DNA from: Terriglobia bacterium
Lineage (GTDB): Bacteria; Acidobacteriota; Terriglobia; JAJPHL01; JAPKYU01
Assembly (NCBI GenBank): GCA_965206645.1
Contig: CBDBKE010000002.1
Span: forward strand, 640,001-704,000
Length of the DNA: 64,000 nucleotides
Direction: 5' to 3'
Shown here: in pieces, positions 1-8,647 of the stretch
Layout: each line of letters begins with the position of its first letter
Numbering within the stretch: the first letter of the stretch is position 1
Notes under the pieces: generated by a model
What the model was told of the DNA's origin: nothing
Databases searched by the model: none
The model's input: the letters and a program-made list of their open reading frames with translations, nothing else
Position numbers and translations under genes: made by a program

Positions 1-168
1 CCGGCTCCGGAATCGTTCCGGAGCTATGAGAAGGACCACGTAGAGCTGCTCACGCGCTACATGTTCCAGATGACGCCGCAAGAGCAGCGCAGGCTTACCG
101 GCAGACGAGTCTCGGCCTCCGTTCCGGTCAAGGGAAGAAAGCTGGCACGGATGCGTCGCGCACAATAA
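1..168 (+). CDS. 3' end of a gene truncated by the window edge, possibly a c-type cytochrome subunit of the respiratory cluster
   Basis: Frame 1 open to TAA 166-168 (PAPESFRSYEKDHVELLTRYMFQMTPQEQRR...); product guessed from context only. Confidence 0.45.
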   Translation, partial: PAPESFRSYEKDHVELLTRYMFQMTPQEQRRLTGRRVSASVPVKGRKLARMRRAQ

Positions 169-228
169 CTCGACTGGAGCTCCTGAACGGACAGTAAGAG
201 GACAAGTTCAGCGAAAGGGTGACAAACG

Positions 229-1029
229 ATGCGAAACGCAAAGCTACTGTGGTTCTTGATTGTGGTGCTGGCGCTGGGGATCGCTGGCTGCGCTACGAAG
301 GAAGAAGCTCCACCCGTCCGAGAAGCGGCGGAGGCGCAACCGCCACCCACGCCGATTGACCCGGCCACCGTCGGTTCCATCACCGGCAAAGTCAGCTTCG
401 ACGGATCGAAACCCAAGGCCCGGGTGATCCGCATGGATGCGGAGCCGGACTGCAAGCGCCTGCACAGCAGCCCGGTGCGGTCCCAGGAAGTAATCGTGAA
501 CAAGAACGGGACGTTGCTGAACGTCTTCGTCTATGTAAAGCAGGGCCTGAGCAACTACAGCTTTGAAACCCCCAAGACTCCTGTGACCATGGATCAGGAT
601 GGCTGCATCTACAGTCCCCACGTCATTGGCGTGCAAACCGGGCAGGAAATCCATGTTTTGAACAGCGACCCCACCACCCACAACATTCACCCCCTGCCCA
701 AGAACAACCGGGAATGGAACGTGTCGCAGCCGCCCGGGGCGGACAAGATTGTGCAGAGCTTCCCGCGGGAAGAGCTGCTGATCCCGGTCAAGTGCAACGT
801 GCACCCTTGGATGCGCAGTTACATTGGCGTGCTCAAGCACCCCTTCTTTGCGGTGACCGGCGAAGAAGGCACGTTCGAACTGAAAGGGCTGCCGCCAGCG
901 GAATACGTAGTGGCCGCCTGGCACGAAAAGTATGGAACCCAAGAACAGAAAGTAGCGCTGGGACCCACGGAAGCCAAGAGCGTCGACTTCGCTTTCCCGG
1001 AAACGGCCACGACAGCGGGTGGCCTGTAG
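229..1029 (+). CDS. Lipoprotein with cupredoxin-like and carboxypeptidase-regulatory-like domains
   Basis: Lipobox IAGC; HNIH and CNVHPWM copper-type motifs; C-terminal GTFELKGLPPAEY beta-sandwich. Confidence 0.75.
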   Translation: MRNAKLLWFLIVVLALGIAGCATKEEAPPVREAAEAQPPPTPIDPATVGSITGKVSFDGSKPKARVIRMDAEPDCKRLHSSPVRSQEVIVNKNGTLLNVFVYVKQGLSNYSFETPKTPVTMDQDGCIYSPHVIGVQTGQEIHVLNSDPTTHNIHPLPKNNREWNVSQPPGADKIVQSFPREELLIPVKCNVHPWMRSYIGVLKHPFFAVTGEEGTFELKGLPPAEYVVAAWHEKYGTQEQKVALGPTEAKSVDFAFPETATTAGGL

Positions 1030-1039
1030 ACTGCACTAA

Positions 1040-2023
1040 ATGCGCCACTGCTCACACAGTCTTTGGTTGCACAGATACGCTGTCCTGGTGGCCGGCGCCA
1101 CCTTCCTGCTGATTCTCGCAGGAGCCCTGGTCACCAGTAACGACGCCGGCCTGGCGGTGCCCGACTGGCCCTTATCCTACGGCGGGTTGACGCCGCCCAT
1201 GGTCGGGGGCATCTTCTACGAGCACGGCCACCGGCTGGTGGCGGCCACCGTAGGATTGATGACCATCGGCCTGGCAGTCTGGTTGTGGCGGCGCGAGCCC
1301 CGGCGCTGGGTTCGCCTGTTGGGATGGGCGGCCCTGGGGACGGTGGTTGTCCAGGGAATTCTCGGCGGAATCACCGTGCTGTACTACCTTCCGCCTGCCG
1401 TCTCGATCGCGCATGCCTGCCTGGCACAATTCTTTTTCTGCTGCACGGTCAGCCTGGCTGTCTTTACTTCGCCTTCTTGGGTGAACTCCGGAGGGGCCGC
1501 AGCCCGGTCCGCAGGTGAGTCCGAAGAAGATCGCGGCGCAACCCTGTTTGGCCTGGCAGTAGCCACGGCACTCGCGGTGTATAGCCAGTTGGTCCTGGGG
1601 GCAGCCGTGCGGCACGCCGTGCTGGGCATCTGGCCTCACATTTTCGGGGCGGCGGTCGTGGCGGCTTTGGGATTTGCAACCGTGGCACGAGTGTTCCGGC
1701 CCCGGGACTCGGACCCGCACCTGCTGCGTCGCCCCGCGGCCCTGGTGGCGGTCCTGGTGCTCATCCAGATGGGTTTAGGCTTGGGCTCTTATTTGGTGAA
1801 ATACGCGGCCGAGCGAGTTCAGCCTCTCCCGCTGGACGTCGCCATCAGCAGTGCGCACGTGGCCTTCGGTGCGCTGTTGCTGGCTGCCAGCCTGGTACTG
1901 GCGCTCCGAGTGCATCGCCTGCGCGGCCAGGTTAGAGACCAAGTTAAAGAAACGAAGCAGGGGCGGGTGCTGGCACTGTCCACCGCCCTGTCCATCGAAG
2001 AAGTGCCCGAGAACGCGGTATGA
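1040..2023 (+). CDS. ctaA: Haem A synthase (COX15/CtaA family)
   Basis: DWP, EHGHR and AHACLA motifs; about 8 TM helices; adjacent to ctaB. Confidence 0.85.
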   Translation: MRHCSHSLWLHRYAVLVAGATFLLILAGALVTSNDAGLAVPDWPLSYGGLTPPMVGGIFYEHGHRLVAATVGLMTIGLAVWLWRREPRRWVRLLGWAALGTVVVQGILGGITVLYYLPPAVSIAHACLAQFFFCCTVSLAVFTSPSWVNSGGAAARSAGESEEDRGATLFGLAVATALAVYSQLVLGAAVRHAVLGIWPHIFGAAVVAALGFATVARVFRPRDSDPHLLRRPAALVAVLVLIQMGLGLGSYLVKYAAERVQPLPLDVAISSAHVAFGALLLAASLVLALRVHRLRGQVRDQVKETKQGRVLALSTALSIEEVPENAV

Positions 2024-2922
2024 GAAGCATTCTCCAGTCGTGGAAGCTAAACGTGGCGGCCGAGCGTAGCCGGCTGGCTGACTACCTGGAGCTTTGCAAG
2101 CCCGAAGTGACCTCGTTGATCCTAGTCGCAACGGCGGTGGGCTTTTGCGCTGCTTCGTCCAGCCAGTTTCGGGCGGATCTACTTGCGCATACTCTGTTGG
2201 GGACACTCTTGGTAGCGGCGGGGACCGCGGCACTGAATCAGTTCTTCGAGCGGGATGCCGACGGCCGGATGCGCCGCACGGATCAGCGCCCGCTGCCCGC
2301 CGGACGGATGGCTCCCGGCCGCGCCCTCGCCTTTGGCGTGGCGACCGGGGCCGCCGGCGTCTTCTATCTGGCCACCACCACGAACCGCCTGGCCGCCGGG
2401 CTGGCCTTGCTGACCATGCTCAGCTACCTGCTCCTGTACACGCCTCTTAAAGCGAAGACACCCGCCAGCACCACGGTTGGCGCGTTCCCTGGCGCGGCTC
2501 CGCCACTGATTGGCTGGGCGGCCGCGACGGGCGAGTTGAGCTTGGGGGCCTGGGTCCTCTACGCCATCCTGTTCCTCTGGCAGTTTCCGCATTTCCTGGC
2601 CATTGCCTGGATGTACCGCGAGGACTACCGTCGCGCCGGCTTCCTCGTGCTGCCGGTATTGGAGCCGAATGGGGTAAGCACCGCCCGCCGGGTAGTGTTC
2701 TGCCTGCTCGTTCTGCTGCCGGTGAGCCTGCTCCCCAGCCTGGTCGGCATGGCGGGGCCGCTTTATCTTGCTGGAGCGCTCCTGCTCGGCCTGGCTTTCT
2801 TTTACTTCGGGCTGCGCCTGGCGCAGACACGCACCCTGGTCGAGGCGCGGCGACTCCTGCACGCCTCGGTCGCGTACCTGCCTTTGCTGTACGGGCTGCT
2901 GCTGGTAGATCGAGGGTCGTAG
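2020..2922 (+). CDS. ctaB: Protohaem IX farnesyltransferase (haem O synthase)
   Basis: NQFFERDADGRMRRTDQRPLPAG, LYTPLK and WQFPHFLAIAW motifs. Confidence 0.95.
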   Translation: MRSILQSWKLNVAAERSRLADYLELCKPEVTSLILVATAVGFCAASSSQFRADLLAHTLLGTLLVAAGTAALNQFFERDADGRMRRTDQRPLPAGRMAPGRALAFGVATGAAGVFYLATTTNRLAAGLALLTMLSYLLLYTPLKAKTPASTTVGAFPGAAPPLIGWAAATGELSLGAWVLYAILFLWQFPHFLAIAWMYREDYRRAGFLVLPVLEPNGVSTARRVVFCLLVLLPVSLLPSLVGMAGPLYLAGALLLGLAFFYFGLRLAQTRTLVEARRLLHASVAYLPLLYGLLLVDRGS

Positions 2923-2949
2923 TGTAGGTTCCGGAAGCCCCTAGAAACG

Positions 2950-3258
2950 ATGTGGGAAACGATCATCCTGCTGGCGATTTACCTGGTGCTTGGCCTGCTC
3001 TGCCTCGCGGTGGCCGGGTGGGGTGTGGTCACTGGCCAGTTCCTCGATGTGGACGGGCTTTTCCTGGTCCTCGTGTGCCTGAGCTTGGCAGTGGTCTTTC
3101 TCGCCGCGTTCGCCCTTGCCATCCGGCGTGGTGAATTCGCAGCCGTGATGAAAGGCTTGCGGCGCTCCCAGGCGGCTACCTTGCCCGAAGCCCCCGGGCC
3201 CGAAGCTCCCGGACAAGCTGAAGCAACCAACCGTTCGCGGCAGCAAGCTAACCAGTAA
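2950..3258 (+). CDS. Small two-TM membrane protein, hypothetical
   Basis: Two hydrophobic helices, co-oriented in the operon. Confidence 0.65.
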   Translation: MWETIILLAIYLVLGLLCLAVAGWGVVTGQFLDVDGLFLVLVCLSLAVVFLAAFALAIRRGEFAAVMKGLRRSQAATLPEAPGPEAPGQAEATNRSRQQANQ

Positions 3259-3275
3259 CCACCATAGCGGCCCCG

Positions 3276-3704
3276 ATGTTCTCCATCCCCCAGTGGCCCG
3301 CGCTGAACGCCAGCCTCAATGCCTTAAGCGCGCTGCTGCTGGCCGCCGGCTACTTCTTCATCCGTCGCAAGCGAGTCGCCATCCACCGCTTCTTCATGGG
3401 GGCCGCGTTTCTGACTTCATCCCTGTTTCTGGCTTCCTACCTGGGTTACCACTACTTCGTGGGCGCCACTTCGTTTTCGGGGCGGGGCTGGATCCGCCCG
3501 GTTTACCTTTCCATCTTGCTGTCGCACACCGTGCTGGCCGCGCTGACGGTGCCTCTGGTAATTGTCACGCTGTCCCGCGCCCTGCGCGAGCAGTTCGACC
3601 GGCACCGGCGGATTGCTCGCTGGACGCTGCCAATCTGGTTCTACGTCTCCGTCACCGGAGTGATCATCTACGCGATGCTGTACCACCTGTATCCCTCGCG
3701 CTGA
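3276..3704 (+). CDS. DUF420 family membrane protein (oxidase assembly associated)
   Basis: LNASLNALS, HRFFM, ILLSHTVLA, HRRIARWTLPIWFYVSVTG. Confidence 0.9.
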   Translation: MFSIPQWPALNASLNALSALLLAAGYFFIRRKRVAIHRFFMGAAFLTSSLFLASYLGYHYFVGATSFSGRGWIRPVYLSILLSHTVLAALTVPLVIVTLSRALREQFDRHRRIARWTLPIWFYVSVTGVIIYAMLYHLYPSR

Positions 3705-3812
3705 AGCCTGGGGGAAACCCGCGGGAGAACCGCTGGTTCGACGCGCGAACGTGAGCCAGTCTCTACCGCACACAACTCTCGGGAGTCAGAAGCGGCATGT
3801 ATAATGTCGATT

Positions 3813-4280
3813 ATGCCCAAGGAGGCCAGGAGGAAACTGGAGGAAGAAATCCGGCGAATTGAGCATGAGCTGCACCACGAGCTGCCCAGGGAACTCAAGA
3901 CGGCGATCGCGCTGGGGGATCTCAGCGAGAATGCCGAGTACCAGTCCGCCAAGCAGCGCCAGGAGATCCTGCGGGCCCGCCTGGGACAACTGAAGAAACG
4001 CCTGGGCGACATCGCCATGGTCAACCTGTCGAAGATCCCACGGGACCAGGTGGCCTTCGGCTCCCAGGTGCTGCTCTATGACTTGCAGAAGGAGGCCGAG
4101 GTCCGCTACAAGCTAGTGACCACCGAAGAGTCGGATGTGGCGCAAGGCCTCATTTCCAGCACCTCCCCCATCGGACGGGGCCTGGCGGGCAAGCGGGTCG
4201 GGGATGCGGTGAAGGTCCAGACGCCGGCCGGCGTGAAGGAGTTTGAGATTCTGGAACTCAAGACGATCCACGACGAGTAA
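3813..4280 (+). CDS. greA: Transcription elongation factor GreA
   Basis: GDLSENAEYQSAK and ISSTSPIGRGL motifs; start at 3813 or 3804. Confidence 0.92.
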   Translation: MPKEARRKLEEEIRRIEHELHHELPRELKTAIALGDLSENAEYQSAKQRQEILRARLGQLKKRLGDIAMVNLSKIPRDQVAFGSQVLLYDLQKEAEVRYKLVTTEESDVAQGLISSTSPIGRGLAGKRVGDAVKVQTPAGVKEFEILELKTIHDE

Positions 4281-4306
4281 CTGACGGACTCTCCCCAAGC
4301 CAGTCC

Positions 4307-4933
4307 ATGTTGACGGTTACCCGAAGTATCGGACACGCGGCAGGTTTCCTGCTGGATGGCATTCTGCGCGCGCTGGTCCTCTCCCGCATTCCTCCCAATG
4401 TCCTGACCGCCGTCGGCCTGCTGCTGAACATCGCCGCCGCCTGCGCCTTTGGCTATGGCGAATTCCTGCTGGCCGGGCTGATCATGCTGGCGGCATCTTT
4501 GTTCGACTTCCTGGACGGTCCGGTCGCGCGCAAGACGAATCAGGCCACTCCATTTGGAGGTTTCTTTGATTCGGTGGTCGATCGCTACTCGGACCTCGCT
4601 CTCTATTTCGGCCTGCTGGTCTACTACGCGCGCCTCAACCTGTTCTTCTACGTGGTGCTGGTGGCGCTGGCCATGACCGGTTCGGTCATGGTGTCCTACA
4701 CGCGGGCCCGGGCAGAGTCTCTCATCGGCTCCTGCAAGGTCGGCTTCATGGAGCGGCCTGAGCGTATTGTGCTGATGATCATCGGCGCCTTGTTTGACCG
4801 CATGGCGCCCGTGCTGTGGGTGATTGCCGTGCTGGCCAACGTCACCGTTGTGCACCGCATCATCTACACCTGGCAGAAGACCCGCCAGGCTGCTTCCCCG
4901 CCGGCTACCCGGGTCGTGCACGTCGGCGACTAG
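4307..4933 (+). CDS. CDP-alcohol phosphatidyltransferase family protein
   Basis: DFLDGPVAR...[13 protein letters not shown] signature; SYTRARAE. Confidence 0.92.
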   Translation: MLTVTRSIGHAAGFLLDGILRALVLSRIPPNVLTAVGLLLNIAAACAFGYGEFLLAGLIMLAASLFDFLDGPVARKTNQATPFGGFFDSVVDRYSDLALYFGLLVYYARLNLFFYVVLVALAMTGSVMVSYTRARAESLIGSCKVGFMERPERIVLMIIGALFDRMAPVLWVIAVLANVTVVHRIIYTWQKTRQAASPPATRVVHVGD

Positions 4934-4955
4934 TGAGGCTCCTCCTTCGCGCGGG

Positions 4956-5096
4956 AGGGAACTCGCGCAGGATTTCTACCATCCCGAAATAGTCCTTTAA
5001 CGCGTGCAGCCGCGTCCAAGGCATCCTGTAGCGCCCGCTCACCAGGTCCTTGTAGAAGGGCTGGTGCATGTGCCAGAGGAAACAGACGCGGATCAT
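4956..5096 (-). pseudogene. N-terminal fragment of a glycoside hydrolase family 57 gene
   Basis: [17 protein letters not shown]...[22 protein letters not shown], then similarity ends abruptly. Confidence 0.8.
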
Positions 5097-5098
5097 TG

Positions 5099-5158
5099 GG
5101 TTAGGTCCCAGGTTAGGCCTCAGGTTAGGCCCCGGGTTAGACTTCGGGTTAGGCCTCG
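5099..5158. repeat. Five-copy 12-bp tandem repeat (GGTTAGGCCTCR-like)
   Basis: GGTTAGGTCCCA GGTTAGGCCTCA GGTTAGGCCCCG GGTTAGACTTCG GGTTAGGCCTCG. Confidence 0.9.
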
Positions 5159-5487
5159 GCCGCCGGCGACCGCAGGGCCGAGTGCAGGTCTTGCTGGAAC
5201 GTGCCGTAGCGGTCGAGCAGCTCGGGCGTGGCCAGCACTTCCCTACTCTTAGCGACAAAAAAGCTGGCTGGCCCGCGCTGGACGAGAAGGCCGATCTGCC
5301 CCTCGATGAGGTAGCCGGCCGAGCTGAACTGGCGGATTTCGCCACTGGCGGTATATTCCAGTAGCGCTACAAAGCCCTCGCGCTCGGCAGCTACCTGGCG
5401 CTCGTAGCGGGGCAGCGTCAGGAATTGAAAGCCAAGGTCACGAAGTTTCGCCAGCGCTTGGGGCGCCTGCATCTCAGCATCCTTCAC
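5149..5487 (-). CDS. Hypothetical protein
   Basis: 112-aa ORF with protein-like composition directly upstream of the GH57 fragment. Confidence 0.65.
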   Translation of the reverse strand: MKDAEMQAPQALAKLRDLGFQFLTLPRYERQVAAEREGFVALLEYTASGEIRQFSSAGYLIEGQIGLLVQRGPASFFVAKSREVLATPELLDRYGTFQQDLHSALRSPAAEA

Positions 5488-5849
5488 TGTTCAACCCTGC
5501 CGGCACGTTTTCCCGTCCTGCAGGATCCTCTCTGAAGGCCCTGGGGGCACTTGATGATAGCCCCAACGATTCGCCGTCGCCTGCACCAATACCTTCGAAC
5601 TACCCCCTCGTCCTGCAGCACGCTCTGAATCTTCGATCACCCACCTGGGTTCGCCGGTGCTCCCCTTCATACGGGCCGAAGGTAGGAGACCAACGTTGTC
5701 GCCGGAGGTCCCGGCGCTACTGAGTCTCATTATCAGGGTCGGGCAATACGGAGAGTGTGGAGCCCGCCCCTGCAAAAAGGGCGCTGCTGCGCCGTGGCGG
5801 CGGGCAACCGAGATGTACGAGCACGACGATGATTTCGTGCCCGTGAACC

Positions 5850-6893
5850 CTATCTTGAACCCTTGCGCTGGCTCTCCATACCTGCCAGTAGAGCCTGAAG
5901 GACGGCCACAGCGGCAGCGGCACCCTCCCCGGCATGCGGGGGCAAAGGCGCAGGCGGCTCCCCTTGCAGAAGCGTGCGCAGGGCCTCTGGCGTCCGGGCA
6001 TTAGGCGCGTTGAATGTACGCCCAAACTGGTCGTCGTACATCCGGCGGCAGGGCACGAAAATGGCCGGAGTAGCGGTCAGGGCAACTTCGTGGAACAGGT
6101 TATAGCCGCCGGCTGCGATGACCAGTTCCACCCGGGGCATCCAGCTTACCGCCGGGTAGGACTCGGCGGGCCCCAGAATTCGCAATTCTTTGCTGCGCTG
6201 GCGAGCGACTTCCTGCGCCACTTCGAGATAGGGTTCACTGCCCTCGCCCCAGTTCACAAACAGCCACCCGGAGCGGGAACGGGCCGGCGGCACCTCACGA
6301 GCCTCACGCACCGTCACCGGGGGCACATCCACAGTTCGCTGGCTGAGCGTTTGCAACTCTAGCGCGTCGGCGATGCGCACCGCCAAACGGTAGTGTTGGC
6401 CCAAAAACGCCGCCACTTTGAACTGGCGCAGGTAGGAGGGATTCAAATAGCGCTGGATTAGCACTGCCGGGCACGGCAACGAAGGTATCAACTCCGCAAT
6501 TTCTCCCACAATCCCGCGAGGAAACGTGTCCACCACCAGCAGCTTCGGCTTGGCCCGGCGCACCGCCCGCTCCAAAAATTGGGGCTCCGGCCCGGGAATT
6601 TGTTTGACCGCTACGCCCTGGCGCGAGGCCAGCGGAGCAAATGTTGAGTATGTCACCAGCAGCGCGGAGCGCCGGGTATGCGCTTTCCAGCGACGAAGAA
6701 TAGCCAGCCCACGGGTCAGCTGTCCTAAGCCGGCACCCGGTGCGTAATAGAGCAGAGTGACGCCCGGTTCAGCTCGCTGCTTTGTCTGTTTTAAAGGCCT
6801 CTTGGGCCGGGCCGGTTTCAATGGCATCTTAGGGCGGGTCCGTTTCAAAGGCCTCTTGGGCCGGGCCGGTTTCCGTTTGCGGTGCCGTTTCAA
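5850..6893 (-). CDS. GT-B fold glycosyltransferase-like protein with basic repetitive N-terminus
   Basis: YAPGAGLGQLTR, LLVVDTFPRG, AAGGYNLFHE and DDQFGR motifs; start uncertain. Confidence 0.7.
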   Translation of the reverse strand: MKRHRKRKPARPKRPLKRTRPKMPLKPARPKRPLKQTKQRAEPGVTLLYYAPGAGLGQLTRGLAILRRWKAHTRRSALLVTYSTFAPLASRQGVAVKQIPGPEPQFLERAVRRAKPKLLVVDTFPRGIVGEIAELIPSLPCPAVLIQRYLNPSYLRQFKVAAFLGQHYRLAVRIADALELQTLSQRTVDVPPVTVREAREVPPARSRSGWLFVNWGEGSEPYLEVAQEVARQRSKELRILGPAESYPAVSWMPRVELVIAAGGYNLFHEVALTATPAIFVPCRRMYDDQFGRTFNAPNARTPEALRTLLQGEPPAPLPPHAGEGAAAAVAVLQALLAGMESQRKGSR

Positions 6894-7077
6894 ATGTCTT
6901 GCGATCCCCCAGGTTGAGATTGTCGTGGCGGTATTTGACGCTCACAACGGTTCATGCACTCACAGACACCGGTGCGCACGTGCTTCATCTGCCTCTCAGC
7001 CGGCGCAGTTTAACTCAACCGCGCCTGCTTGGAACGCTAATTTCTCACCAAAGCAGATGACCCGGGAAGGGGCCGGC

Positions 7078-7989
7078 TTACAACTCTAGTTTTTTCAAGA
7101 AGTTGCGCGCCACCTCCTGGACGTCGCGGTGCTGGCCGTCCAGAGCATAATTGAGGCGGCGCATCTGATCCTCGGAAATCGCGTCCCCTAGTTCGGCCAG
7201 TGCTTGACGTACAACAGGGTGGCGGGCCAGCGTCTGCTGCCGGACGATCGGGACCGCCTCATAGGGTGGGAAGTAGTTTCGGTCGTCTTCGAGCACGGTC
7301 AGGTCCAGGGCCTCAATCAGGCCGTCGGTGGAATTGCCAGCCACCAGGTCCACCTGTTTTTCCTTCAGGGCCCGGTACAACAGCCCCAATTCCATGAGCC
7401 GGGGTGCACTGGCAAAGCGCAGCCCGTAGGTGCTGGCCAGCCCCGGAAAGCCGTCGGGTCGCTCCAGGAATTCGAATCCAAAGGCGACCCGCCACTGAGG
7501 TGCGTACGCCGCAATCTGTGAGAGCGACTTCAGTCCCAGGCGCCGCGCATCCTCGCCGCGGATCACGATGGCAAAGGTATTGTTGAACCCCAGCGGCTCG
7601 GCTACCTCCAGCCCGAAGCGCTGGGCATAGGCGGCTTTAACTCGCTCGTACACCTCTTGTTGGCTGCCTCGCGGAGGTTCCTTGAGGATGGCAGTCAGAG
7701 CTGTGCCGGTGTAATCGACATAAAGATCAATCCGTCCGGCAAGAATGGCCTGGTGGCAGATGTAGGTGCCACTCAGATAAAAGCGTCGTGAGACTTCCAG
7801 ACCTTTGGACTCCAGGTGCTGGGCAATCAGCTCGCCCAGAATGACCTGTTCGGTGAAATTCTTGGAACCGACGACCAGACGGTCTTCCCGCGCCGGCCCA
7901 CATCCGGTCAGCAAACACGCGGCCAGGGCAATGAGCCCGAAGCAGCGTCGAATCCTTACAAGCGGGGTTACCCGGAGGCTCGGAGCCAT
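7078..7989 (-). CDS. Glycine betaine/osmoprotectant ABC transporter substrate-binding lipoprotein (OsmF/OpuBC-like)
   Basis: LLTGC lipobox; VGSKNFTEQ, DYTGT, GFNNTF, LEDDRNYFPPY. Confidence 0.9.
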   Translation of the reverse strand: MAPSLRVTPLVRIRRCFGLIALAACLLTGCGPAREDRLVVGSKNFTEQVILGELIAQHLESKGLEVSRRFYLSGTYICHQAILAGRIDLYVDYTGTALTAILKEPPRGSQQEVYERVKAAYAQRFGLEVAEPLGFNNTFAIVIRGEDARRLGLKSLSQIAAYAPQWRVAFGFEFLERPDGFPGLASTYGLRFASAPRLMELGLLYRALKEKQVDLVAGNSTDGLIEALDLTVLEDDRNYFPPYEAVPIVRQQTLARHPVVRQALAELGDAISEDQMRRLNYALDGQHRDVQEVARNFLKKLEL

Positions 7990-8606
7990 TTCTCCACCAG
8001 TCCCAGGCCGAGATCGGCCGCCAGTGCCAGCAGCGCAGCGGGGATGGCGCCGGCCAGGATCAGCGTGTTGTTGACCATCGCCACACCACGAAAGATGTAC
8101 GTGCCCAAGCCTCCCGCGCCGACTGCGGCGGCAATCGTGGCCAGGCCCACCGAAATCACCACAGCCACGCGTACCCCGGCAAGGATCACTCCCAACGACA
8201 GCGGCAGCTGCACCTGAAAAAGCAGTTGCCGGGCGGTCATCCCCATGCCGCGCCCTGCCTCCACAACGGCCCGATCCACGCCGAGTATGCCGGCGTAGGT
8301 GTTGCGAATGATCGGCAGCAGGGCATAGAGAGTCAAGGCAAAGATCGCCAGGCGATCGGCTCGGTCGCCAAGCCAGGGCATCGGTAACAGGAAACCGAAC
8401 AACGCCAGGCTGGGAATGGTCTGCATGACATTGGCGCTGCCCAGGATGGGCTTGCTTAAGGCGGGCCAGCGGGTCAGCAGGATGCCCAGCGGCAGACCGA
8501 TGGCTACGGCCAGCGCTGTGGACGCACCTACCAGCCACATGTGCTCCAGCGCCAGCTCGAACACTTCCGCCCTGTTGCGGAGAAAGTATTGCAGCACATC
8601 ATTCAC
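7968..8606 (-). CDS. Osmoprotectant ABC transporter permease
   Basis: QTIPSLALFG, EAA-like loop EAGRGMG, GAGGLG; GTG start after GAGGT. Confidence 0.92.
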   Translation of the reverse strand: MNDVLQYFLRNRAEVFELALEHMWLVGASTALAVAIGLPLGILLTRWPALSKPILGSANVMQTIPSLALFGFLLPMPWLGDRADRLAIFALTLYALLPIIRNTYAGILGVDRAVVEAGRGMGMTARQLLFQVQLPLSLGVILAGVRVAVVISVGLATIAAAVGAGGLGTYIFRGVAMVNNTLILAGAIPAALLALAADLGLGLVEKWLRASG

Positions 8607-8647
8607 GGTAAACCTCAACTCCCGGCACGGTAAACCTCAGCTCCGGG
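8604..8647. repeat. 22-bp tandem duplication of the stop-RBS-start junction
   Basis: CACGGTAAACCTCAACTCCCGG / CACGGTAAACCTCAGCTCCGGG. Confidence 0.85.

Noticed and set aside
5717-5850. VHGHEIIVVLVHLG peptide resembling a RelE toxin C-terminus
   Set aside because: Too short, no start or antitoxin partner, and the ORF overlaps a real gene
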